From an uncultured Verrucomicrobiota bacterium (lineage in GTDB: Bacteria > Verrucomicrobiota > Kiritimatiellia > RFP12 > UBA1067): 64,000 nt of DNA. A model generated the notes under the pieces. It searched no databases and was not told the DNA's origin. It saw only the letters and a program-made list of their open reading frames with translations. The stretch is taken from assembly GCA_946055075.1 (NCBI GenBank), contig CAMGEN010000005.1, positions 2,098 through 66,097 on the forward strand, written 5' to 3'. The translations under genes were made by a program, and so were the position numbers. Shown here in pieces: positions 37,139-46,400 of the stretch (position 1 is the stretch's first letter; each line of letters begins with the position of its first letter).

Positions 37139-38614
37139 ATGCCAGTCGCGATGCTGCTCGCTGCACTCGCCCTCGTCCCTCAGCCGACTGAAGTGGTCGA
37201 GCGGGAGGGTTTTTGCGATAAGACCGAGTCCATCGTCTTCACCACCGACTCCGCCATCCCCGCCGAGGGATACAAGCTGAAGATCACTGCGGACGGCATC
37301 ACGGTGGCGAGTTCCGATGCCGCTGGCGCGTTCTATGCGAAGGTCACGTTGGGACAGCTTGCGATCAAGGAAGGGGGGAATACCAAGTATCCGTGCGTGG
37401 AGATCTCCGATGTTCCGCGCTACAGCTGGCGAGGCATCCACTTTGACGACTGCCGTCATTTCTTCGGCAAGGAGCAGGTGCTGAAGACGCTGGAGCTCAT
37501 GGCGCAGCACAAGTTCAACCGCTTCCACTGGCACCTCACCGACGATCAGGGATGGCGTCTTGATGTTCCCGGCTATCCCGAGCTCGTGAAATACGGCGCT
37601 GTGCGTTCGTCTTCGCCGAAGCATGGCACGCATCCTGAATTTGGCGCCGGTCCTGAAGCACGTGCGAAGGCCTCTGACGGCAAACCATATGGTCCGTTCT
37701 ATTACACCGAGGATGACATCAAGGAGATCGTCGCCTATGCCGCCGAACGTCACATTCAGGTCGTGCCGGAGATTGAGCTACCCGGACACTTCCAGGCGGT
37801 GCTTGCCGCGTATCCGGAATTCGCCTGCTTCCCCGATCCGTCTAATCGCGATCCGCTCTGCATCTGGGGCATCTCGAAGAACGTGATGTGTATCGGTAAC
37901 GATCAGGCGATCAGATTCATGGAAGACGTTCTTGATTATGTCTGTAGGCTTTTCCCCGGCGACGTTGTTCATATCGGCGGCGACGAGTGTCCGCAGGAGA
38001 AATGGAAGACGTGTCCCAAGTGTCAGGCCCGCATCAAGGCGGAGAACCTCGGCGACGAACACGGACTTCAGCCGTGGATCACCAAGCGATTTGTGAAGTT
38101 CCTCGAAGCGCGCGGCAAGCGCGCACTTGGTTGGGATGAATACCTGCTCGGCGATGTGCCGATCAGCGCGATGGGCATGAACTGGCGGACTGTCGGCGGA
38201 GCCGGCGCCGGACACCAGCTCGTCAACGGAATCGCGGCGGCGATCAAAGGGCATGACATCGTGATGACGCCGATGAGCTTCTGTTACCTCGATTACGCTC
38301 AGGGTCTAGATGAAGACCCGTTTCAATATATTGGCGGTAAACTTACGCTTGCGCAATGCTATGCGTTCGATCCCTGCGCGGGTGTTCCCGAGGAAGCGCA
38401 GAAACATATCATTGGTGGACAGGGCAATAACTGGTCCGAATACACCTGGAACGGATACGACCTCGAGTGGAAGATGTGGCCTCGCGCATGTGCGCTTGCG
38501 GAGGTGCTCTGGACCGGCGGGAAGAAGCCGTCCTTCGACGACTTTCTACGTCGCATGCGGACCCACCGGTCCCGTCTGATCAAATCCCACGTCAACTGCG
38601 CTCCGCTCCAGTGA
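37139..38614 (+). CDS. beta-N-acetylhexosaminidase (GH20)
   Basis: YSWRGIHFDDCRHFF, FHWHLTDDQGWR, EIELPGH and HIGGDECP motifs characteristic of GH20. N-terminal signal-like sequence. Confidence 0.88.
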   Translation: MPVAMLLAALALVPQPTEVVEREGFCDKTESIVFTTDSAIPAEGYKLKITADGITVASSDAAGAFYAKVTLGQLAIKEGGNTKYPCVEISDVPRYSWRGIHFDDCRHFFGKEQVLKTLELMAQHKFNRFHWHLTDDQGWRLDVPGYPELVKYGAVRSSSPKHGTHPEFGAGPEARAKASDGKPYGPFYYTEDDIKEIVAYAAERHIQVVPEIELPGHFQAVLAAYPEFACFPDPSNRDPLCIWGISKNVMCIGNDQAIRFMEDVLDYVCRLFPGDVVHIGGDECPQEKWKTCPKCQARIKAENLGDEHGLQPWITKRFVKFLEARGKRALGWDEYLLGDVPISAMGMNWRTVGGAGAGHQLVNGIAAAIKGHDIVMTPMSFCYLDYAQGLDEDPFQYIGGKLTLAQCYAFDPCAGVPEEAQKHIIGGQGNNWSEYTWNGYDLEWKMWPRACALAEVLWTGGKKPSFDDFLRRMRTHRSRLIKSHVNCAPLQ

Positions 38615-38619
38615 CTTCA

Positions 38620-38644
38620 CCAACCACGAACCGCCAACCACGAA
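38620..38644 (+). repeat. direct repeat CCAACCACGAA-N3-CCAACCACGAA (family C) in the ispF leader
   Basis: Copies at 38620-38630 and 38634-38644, ending 6 nt before ATG-38651. Shares the CCACGAACC core with the uvrA heptamer run. Confidence 0.7.
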
Positions 38645-38650
38645 TATCCC

Positions 38651-39118
38651 ATGAGAATCGGTTTCGGATATGATTCGCATCGCTTCGCCGAGGATCGTCC
38701 CCTCGTGCTCGGCGGCGTGACGATCCCTTTCGAGAAGGGCCTCGCCGCGCATTCGGACGGAGATGTGCTGATCCACGCGATCATCGACGCCTTGCTAGGC
38801 GCCGCCGCGCTCGGTGACATCGGCTCGCATTTTCCCGATACGGACGAGAAGTGGAAGGGCGCTGATTCGACGAAGCTGCTCATCGCGGTTGTTGATGAGA
38901 TCCGCGCCGCCGGCTACACCATCGGCAACATCGATGCGACGGTGATCTGCGAACGCCCGAAGCTCCGTCCCCATATCGACGCGATTCGGACGAAGCTTTC
39001 TCAAATTCTCGGCATCCAGACTTCTCAGCTGTCCCTTAAGGGCAAGACCAACGAGAAGATGGATGACATCGGTGCGGGACTCGGCATTGAGGTGCATGCG
39101 GTATGTTTGCTGGACTGA
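38651..39118 (+). CDS. ispF: 2-C-methyl-D-erythritol 2,4-cyclodiphosphate synthase
   Basis: 155 aa. MRIGFGYDSHRF...HSDGDVLIHAI.DALLGA...GDIG..FPD are canonical IspF motifs. Confidence 0.95.
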   Translation: MRIGFGYDSHRFAEDRPLVLGGVTIPFEKGLAAHSDGDVLIHAIIDALLGAAALGDIGSHFPDTDEKWKGADSTKLLIAVVDEIRAAGYTIGNIDATVICERPKLRPHIDAIRTKLSQILGIQTSQLSLKGKTNEKMDDIGAGLGIEVHAVCLLD

Positions 39119-41427
39119 TTCTTGCGGCGATTTCCGTCATCGACGTCCAGTGCGGTGACCTCGACGGCTATTATTCCGGCGGCTGGCATGTGGGGTCCGA
39201 ATACCCGTGGGTCTTCTGCGGCAATCAGCCAATGCGGATCGCGCGAGAACCGGACGATGGCTTCTGGACCTTCCAAGGCGAGGACAACGTTCCCGCGGCA
39301 GATTTGCCGCGGGAGGGAGGCTACTCTTTGTCCGGCTACTGGACTTATGACTGGGCCTTCGAAACTCTTCGCGTTGACGGCGTCAACCCCAACGGCACGA
39401 TCCGTTTCAAGGATCAGCATGCGTTCGGCATTGGCAAACCCTCGTGGGGGGCGAAGGACCGTCGCTATTACGCGGTCAACCACAAGTCCTTCCTCAATGC
39501 TCCCGGCGAATGGTGGCTTGATGCAGCGACCGGGAAGCTCTACTTTATTCCCCTGGATGACGACTCCGAAATCCGTTTTTGCTGGGAGAAGAAACCGGCA
39601 CTCGGACTCTACAACCGTCACGGCGAGACCATCCGCGGCAGAACCATCGCGTTCGGTGCGTGGTGCGGAATCGAGATCCGCGGATGTTCGAACCTCACGA
39701 TCGCCGACTGCACGATAGAATGTTTCGGCGGCTACGGTATCGACATCGGCGGCGACTGCCACGACATCGTCATCACCAACTGCGTGATCCGGAATGTCGG
39801 CAGCGGCGGCGTGCTCGTCAACGGCAGGTCCAATCAGGTGATCGACTGCGAGATCTGCGATTTCGGACTGCGCCAGCGCGTCTATGCGCCGGGCGTGAGG
39901 TTATACGGCGAATCCCATGAAGTCCGTTGCTGCCGCATCCACGCGGCGCCGCACAGCGCGATCATCTACAATGGCAAGGATCATCTCATCGCGGGGAATG
40001 AGATCTGGGACGTGATCCGCGAGACCGGCGATGCCGGCGCCATCTATACGGGGCGCGACCTCTCGTCCAAGGCGAACCGTATCGTCGGCAACTACATCCA
40101 CGACCTCGGCGATACGGTGTCCAACGGCAAGCCGCACGACGTCTTCACGATGGGCATCTACATTGACGACTGCGACTGCAACGAGACGCTGCTCTCGAAC
40201 CGTATCGTGAACGCCGGCTGTGCGATCATGCTCGGCGGCGGCAGCGATCTCGTCGTGAAGTACAACGACATCTCGAGATGCCGCAAGGGCATTCATCTTG
40301 ACGACCGCGGCGTGACCTGGAACAACGACTGGATCAAGAGCGCGACCGATCCGCATTATCCGCTCCGCAACGACATCTCAAACAACAAGATCACCGACTG
40401 TGCATGCGACTACGACATGCAGACGGGAGCCGCGTTCAAGCGCGCGCTCGCAGATTACTTCTCGGACAAGACGCATCTCTATTATCACACCAGACAAAAG
40501 CAGGGCGAAGGTGCTCGCGAGGACTGCGCGATATTGAACGGTGTCGCGCTTGCGTATTATGTCGAGAAGTGGGATCGTGAGATGGCGTTGAAGACTGCGG
40601 ACGGACTCCTTCGTCTCGCGACTGTGCACGGCGTCCCCGGTTTCGTTTGCCGCGGACTCGAAGAAGACGGCGTGACATATTCGCCATACACGTCGCGCGA
40701 CCAGTACACGCATTTCATTCACGGTCTACTCCGCTATTATCTGTCCGGCCTTGCCGATGACCAGATGAAGGAGCGTATCCGCGGCGCTTTTGCCGCGGTT
40801 GCCGACCGGATGATCCGCAACGTGACCGAGACGAACAACTGGAATGCGCTTACAGCCGACGGTGAGATCGACCAGAAGGGTGTCTTGAAGATGTGGAACG
40901 TGCAGGCGCATGAAGCGGCGCGACTTCCCGCGATCTACGCGGCGGCGTGGAAGGTTACCGGCGATGAGAAATACAAGGTCGAGTACCTCAAGTACGCCGA
41001 TGCCGCGATCGAACAGTCGTGGAAGATCTCCGAACAGCGCCGCGCCGAGGTCTATCATCAGCCCGGTTACGCTTTTCTTCAGATGAATGCGTCATTGGAG
41101 ACGATGTATCTCTGCGATTCCGAACGCGCGAACCGCATCCAGGCGGTGATGAAGGAGTGTGCGCAGATCGCGGCGGGAAGGTTCGTGGATGAGAAGGGAG
41201 ACAACGGACCCTGGCTCTCGTTCGCCGGCGACCTTGCGTCTGCCGTCGCGATGACCGCGAAGTTCGTGTCGACGGAAAGATTGCTCGGCCCTGATCTTTA
41301 CAATGCGTATCGCGAACTCCTCAGGGATTGTTTTTGGGGAATTAACGGACAACCCATGCTCGCAGCATCTGTTCCTGCTCGTGCTCTTTCCGTTTCCTAC
41401 GCGTCCATCCTGGAGAGTGTGAGGTAA
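39103..41427 (+). CDS. right-handed parallel beta-helix repeat protein with C-terminal alpha-helical (glycoside hydrolase/lyase-like) domain
   Basis: 774 aa. PbH1-like repeats (IEIRGCSNLTIADCTIECFGGYGIDIGGDCHDIVITNCVIRNVGSGGV...), then a helical C-terminal half. Function inferred only at fold level. Confidence 0.6.
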   Translation: MFAGLILAAISVIDVQCGDLDGYYSGGWHVGSEYPWVFCGNQPMRIAREPDDGFWTFQGEDNVPAADLPREGGYSLSGYWTYDWAFETLRVDGVNPNGTIRFKDQHAFGIGKPSWGAKDRRYYAVNHKSFLNAPGEWWLDAATGKLYFIPLDDDSEIRFCWEKKPALGLYNRHGETIRGRTIAFGAWCGIEIRGCSNLTIADCTIECFGGYGIDIGGDCHDIVITNCVIRNVGSGGVLVNGRSNQVIDCEICDFGLRQRVYAPGVRLYGESHEVRCCRIHAAPHSAIIYNGKDHLIAGNEIWDVIRETGDAGAIYTGRDLSSKANRIVGNYIHDLGDTVSNGKPHDVFTMGIYIDDCDCNETLLSNRIVNAGCAIMLGGGSDLVVKYNDISRCRKGIHLDDRGVTWNNDWIKSATDPHYPLRNDISNNKITDCACDYDMQTGAAFKRALADYFSDKTHLYYHTRQKQGEGAREDCAILNGVALAYYVEKWDREMALKTADGLLRLATVHGVPGFVCRGLEEDGVTYSPYTSRDQYTHFIHGLLRYYLSGLADDQMKERIRGAFAAVADRMIRNVTETNNWNALTADGEIDQKGVLKMWNVQAHEAARLPAIYAAAWKVTGDEKYKVEYLKYADAAIEQSWKISEQRRAEVYHQPGYAFLQMNASLETMYLCDSERANRIQAVMKECAQIAAGRFVDEKGDNGPWLSFAGDLASAVAMTAKFVSTERLLGPDLYNAYRELLRDCFWGINGQPMLAASVPARALSVSYASILESVR

Positions 41428-41431
41428 TGTT

Positions 41432-42727
41432 ATGCTGTTGGCGTTATTGGCACTGTTCCTGCTTTCCGCATTCTTCTCAAGCGCCGAGACGGTGTTGTTT
41501 TCGCTTACTGGCGCGCAGCGTGAGAAGATTCGCAGCAAAAGCGCAGAGGATGACCAGCGAATCGGCAAGTGCCTATCGGATAAGGCGGTGCTTTTCTCGA
41601 CGTTATTGGTCGGTAATACCTTTGTGAATTTCGCGATTTCTTCCATCGGATACTGCGTCTTTGACTGGCTCGTTCCCGGTAACGGTTGGATTGCGGTGCC
41701 GGCGATGACGGTGCTGTTATTGCTCTTTGGCGAGATCACACCGAAGCGCCTTGCGCTACGCTATACTGGAGAGCTGGCGCCGCTGTACTCAAGATTGCTT
41801 CTGTTTTGGCGTGCAGCGTTTTATCCGTTCAACAAGGCGTTACGTTGGTCTTCGAAGGCTTTCGCTCCAGCATTGGCGCGCGAGCGTCGAGCGCTTTCGG
41901 ATGATGAACTCGTTTCGGTGATGGATTCCGCTGCGGAACGAGGCGATATCTCATCAGCTGACGCCGACATGATTGAAGGCGTTTTGCGGCTCTCTGAGCT
42001 CTGTGCCAACGACGAGATGACTCCGCGAGTCGATATCGTCGGTTATGATATAGATCTGCTCGGTGATCCATCCGCTGCCCGCCAACAACCCACTACCCAC
42101 ACTCCACTACCAGCTACCGACTACCAGCTACCAACTACTCGACATCGCTGGCTGCCTGCGTTCCGGCGAAGTCCGGATAATATCGAGGGGGTCTATGATG
42201 CGAAGGAGAAAAGGATCGTGGACGCGCTCTTCGTTCCGGAGACTGTGACATTGGACGATCTGCTTACAACGTTTGCGAAGAGCGGAAGGGAGATTGCGAT
42301 CGTTACGGACGAATATGGCGGAACCGCGGGCATTATCACTCCAAACGATATACTTGAGCTAATCATCGGTCCCCAGGTATTCGACTCTCCAGATGCCGAG
42401 CCGAAGCTGGTAATGAAGGGAGTGGGGGTATGGGAGGTGGACGGACGCGTATCGCTCGACGAGATCAATCGTACGCTGGATATTGAACTTGAGGCTGAGG
42501 ATGCAGATCGTCTGTCCGGATGGCTACAGTTTCATGCCGAACGGATTCCGCATGTAGGACAGCAGATCGTTGCAGATGGCGTCAGGGCGACGGTTCTGAA
42601 GCGTCGCCATCGGCGTGTAACTCTGGTTAAACTCGAGATTCTTGAACATCCGGAAGCGGATTCGGATGAAGAGATTATCGCCGAAACTGATGAGGCTGTT
42701 GAGAAGACCGAGGAGGATAACGCATGA
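41432..42727 (+). CDS. CNNM/CorC-family membrane protein (DUF21 + CBS pair + CorC_HlyC) with heptamer-repeat insertion
   Basis: 431 aa. N-terminal DUF21 TM region (SAETVLFSL), CBS-region motifs (MTPRVDIV, AIVTDEYGGTAGIIT) and a C-terminal CorC_HlyC-like block (WEVDGRVSLDEIN). Confidence 0.82.
   Translation: MLLALLALFLLSAFFSSAETVLFSLTGAQREKIRSKSAEDDQRIGKCLSDKAVLFSTLLVGNTFVNFAISSIGYCVFDWLVPGNGWIAVPAMTVLLLLFGEITPKRLALRYTGELAPLYSRLLLFWRAAFYPFNKALRWSSKAFAPALARERRALSDDELVSVMDSAAERGDISSADADMIEGVLRLSELCANDEMTPRVDIVGYDIDLLGDPSAARQQPTTHTPLPATDYQLPTTRHRWLPAFRRSPDNIEGVYDAKEKRIVDALFVPETVTLDDLLTTFAKSGREIAIVTDEYGGTAGIITPNDILELIIGPQVFDSPDAEPKLVMKGVGVWEVDGRVSLDEINRTLDIELEAEDADRLSGWLQFHAERIPHVGQQIVADGVRATVLKRRHRRVTLVKLEILEHPEADSDEEIIAETDEAVEKTEEDNA
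42089..42138 (+). repeat. tandem heptamer run (CCACTAC/CCACACT then CTACCAG|CTACCGA|CTACCAG|CTACCAA|CTAC) in frame inside the CNNM gene
   Basis: 7-nt periodicity read directly from the sequence. Encodes PTTHTPLPATDYQLPTT within the first CBS region. Confidence 0.75.
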
Positions 42728-43362
42728 TAACATTTTTGCTGGCCGTGATAGCTCTTGTCGCGCTGGGATGCTCGGCTTTCTGTTCTGGAGCGGAAACAGC
42801 TTTTTTATCCGTCAGTCGTGAACGTGTTTTGCATTTGTCCCGAGAAGGCGGCCGTAAGGCGAAGATCATTCAGAAGGCGCTATCTGACATGGGACGGACC
42901 ACGACGACTATCTTGATCGGTAACAACCTCGCGAATGTTACCTACTCGGCGGCAAGTGCTGCATTAGCGCTGAGACTCTGTTCCGGGTCGGTATCGAAGA
43001 CAATCTGGAGCTTCACGGCAGCCTTTCTCGTGTTGTATGTTTCTGAGTTTATGCCGAAACTTCTTTGCGCCGCGCGCCCATTGCGCTGTTCGCTGATGAT
43101 TGCAGATGTTTACCAGTGGATGTCAAGGGGATTGTCCCCATTGACGTATATTGCTGTAAAATTGACAAATTTCTTTATTTCCGGCCATGATTCGAAATAT
43201 AAGCTTACGACTAAAGACTTGATTCGCATCCTTCAGGACAGAAAGGACGGGGTATGCCTTTCAGACTTTGAGTCGGCGCTTATCGGCCGGATTATCGTTC
43301 ATCGCGTGAAGGGTAGATTCATCACTACGGATTCGTTGTTGGATGTTCTTCGAAGCGAATAA
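42724..43362 (+). CDS. DUF21 (CNNM transmembrane) domain-only protein
   Basis: 212 aa. GAETAFLSVSRERV and LIGNNLANV motifs of DUF21. It ends before any CBS/CorC domain. ATGA overlap with the upstream CNNM gene. Confidence 0.7.
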   Translation: MITFLLAVIALVALGCSAFCSGAETAFLSVSRERVLHLSREGGRKAKIIQKALSDMGRTTTTILIGNNLANVTYSAASAALALRLCSGSVSKTIWSFTAAFLVLYVSEFMPKLLCAARPLRCSLMIADVYQWMSRGLSPLTYIAVKLTNFFISGHDSKYKLTTKDLIRILQDRKDGVCLSDFESALIGRIIVHRVKGRFITTDSLLDVLRSE

Positions 43363-43398
43363 TCTTGTAATTATTTTTCGCTCGCAACACCCATTTTT

Positions 43399-43407
43399 TG
43401 GTATAAT
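43399..43407 (+). promoter_or_regulatory. putative extended -10 promoter (TGGTATAAT) for the C10 protease gene
   Basis: TTTTTTGGTATAATT context, 17 nt before ATG-43424. Confidence 0.55.
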
Positions 43408-43423
43408 TAGCCCATAAATATTA

Positions 43424-46400
43424 ATGGGTATTACCATGAAGAAAAGCATCGTCATTTCGATGGCCTTGTTTGCGTTTGCATTCGAGGCCAATGCCAGTGT
43501 TGTTTCGCTATCGCGCGCTAAGAATGTGGCGCGGTCCTGGCTTGTTCGTGAAGGCAAGGCGTCAAACGTCCAAGCTATTTCAATTCAGCGCGCTGATGTT
43601 ATTAGGGTGCCTGAGCTTGGTGATGACGCGAAGTATTTTGCGGTCAAGATTAAGGATGGGGGGACGGTTGTTACTTCTTCCGATGACGAGGCGTCGCCAG
43701 TAGTGTTGTTTTCTGACAGTGCCGAGGAGATTGATTTTTCTGATGTGAACAGTCCGGCCTATTCTTTGCTTCGCAAGGATTATCAAATCCGGAAGCGGGC
43801 AGATGTCATGGCGTCAGAGGCGAAGGAAAAGCCGCAAGTATCCAACGATTATCGTTTTTACCTTGATCGTCGGCGCATGCTCGATCGCAACCGTGAGGAG
43901 TGGGCTCGGCTTTCCGGCGATTCCTATCAGCTTGACGATTGTGCGTTGAATCCTGGCCTTGCGTGGTATGGTAGGGATGACTGGTTCATCAAGATCTTTA
44001 CTGCAAATTCACTTTACGATATTCGCATTAATCCGCTCGTCCAGTCTCGCTGGAATCAGTCGACGGTCAGTGTCAACGGGCAGACTATGGCCTGCTACAA
44101 TTATTATACGCCGAACAAAAAGAACCCTCTTGACCAGTATGGCTTCGCCGGGAATCCCGACAACGTCGTATGTGGTTGCGTAGCGACTGCGCTTGCCCAA
44201 ATTCTGCGGTATTTCGCGTATGATGGGACGGTTGAATGTGTTAACGGATATACGAATCAGACATTTGACTGTATGTATGAAGATTCTAACATCAAGCGCA
44301 AGCTGCAGGGAGGTACCTATGATTGGGAGAAGATGACGCTGGTGCCGGCGATGAGCACAGCTACGGATCCGTTTACCTCTACTAACGCGATGCAGATCGG
44401 CAAACTCTGTGCGGACTGCGGCACTGCGGTTGAAATGATGTACGGCGAGTCTGGTTCGGGTGCGTATTCTTCCAAAGCTTTTATTGCGCTTACCCAGTAT
44501 TTCGGCTATTCCAGCGCAAGGTGGTATAGCAACGGCCACGAGATTGGGTCTGCGGGTAGAGACGCCCAAACTCCTGTTGAGCCAGAGGAGTTCCCTGAGA
44601 CTCGTGCCGCGGCGCTTCAGCGGGTATTCTATTCCAATTTTGATGCTGGGCTTCCGATTTTGCTCGGACTTACCGGGCACGAGGTGGTGGCCGACGGCTA
44701 TGGTTACAGCAAGGATGGTCTCGATTATGTCCATATCAACATGGGCTGGGGTGGTCAATGCGACCTTTGGTACCTGCTTCCGAACGTGAGCTGTGATTCG
44801 AATGGGCGTCCTGAGGGCAATCTCATGTTCTTTGAAGACTGCGCCTATAATATCTTTACCACCAATGCCGCTACTGATGTCGTGATGTCCGGTCGCGTCG
44901 TCGATGATGATGACAATCCGATTGCTGGCGCCAGTGTGAAGATCTGCCGACCTGGCGATCACGATAATCCCGTTGCTGAGTTCGTCACCGGGGACAACGG
45001 CATCTGGGGTCTTGTCATCGCTCCTGGCAATTACGAAGTTGTAGCATCATCTGAGTTCGTGACTGAGTCGGAGACCTTTTCGGTTCTGGACAATCGTTGG
45101 GGTTGCGATATTAGGCTTGCGCCGATGGCCGTGAGGAACCTTATGCAGCTTGCTCCCACTAATGAGTATACCTCGCTTGAGAAGGCGATTCTTGCGGCGA
45201 ACACCAATGACGTTCTCGAGGTCTTCGCCCGTACGCGACTGAAGAAGAGCGTCACGATCGACCGCAATCTGACGATTAAAATAGACAGCGGGCATGCAGA
45301 CGATCCGACCAATTGCCTGATCCGCGTGAGCAATTCATCCGTGATCACGGTTGCGCCCGGTGTCCGAGCCGTATTCGGTGGCCTTGCGTTTGTGTCCGAC
45401 GCCGAAACGGTGATTAATGTTGAAACTAACGGTGTCGCCGCATTTTCCGGCATGCTTGGCGTTGGGACGATCCGTACTGCTGATGCCGAAGGATTTGAAC
45501 TTGCGGGAGCGATTGATTATATCGATGGATTTGAGCTCTTTGTCAAGTGTGCCGTGGCGAGTAAAAAGGGGCAGAAGTTCGGTGTTTGGACTTGCCCTGA
45601 CGGCGATAAGGCTTCCGCCGGTCATATTCTGAATCCCGAGAATCTTGATCTCGGTGGCGTTGCCGTCGATGGCGGTTCTCTCGTGTGGGGCGTCGTTCCC
45701 GTGGATCCGCGACTGGCTGTCGCCTATGTTGATAATGGTAGTGGTTCGCTAGTCTATTACCGCACGCTTGAGAGTTTGTTTGAGGACAATCCGAGTGGAG
45801 ATCTTGATATTAAGCTCACCAAGGACGTGAGCGGCTTTAATCTTCAGCCGTCTGTTGATGTAAGTGGGCGTGAGATTTCGATTTCTTCCGATGGTGGTCC
45901 GTTCACAATCTCTGGCATCGTCGCTAAGTCTGGAGGATTTCGTGTCGGCACAGGTGGTGAACTGACGCTTGAAGGCGTTACATTGGACGGTTTCAAAGGT
46001 CCGTGGTTCGTCCAGCTTCCTGAGAACGGCGGAACCTTCACTCTCGGCGAGAATGCGCAGCTCAGGAACTTCATTGTTGTAGATGCATCGGATTCGGGAG
46101 ATTGTCCAAAGGGCATTATTGGTATGCTCGGCGGGAAGATGGTTATGTGCGAGAATTCGTTGATTTCCGATAGCGCCTTCATGGGAGGTGTCGGCAGCGT
46201 GATCTCGCTGTTCGGCGGAGAGCTCGATGTGGATGGTGGCTCGATTATCGGTTGTGTAGCCGAGCAGGGCGGCGGCGCGATATATTATTATCCGTACATT
46301 GACGGCACAGTGCTTAACCTTTCCGGCAATGTAGACATCTTCGGAAATCAAATCAACGATACGAATGCGAGGGGGCCCGGTAACATTTACATTGGAACAG

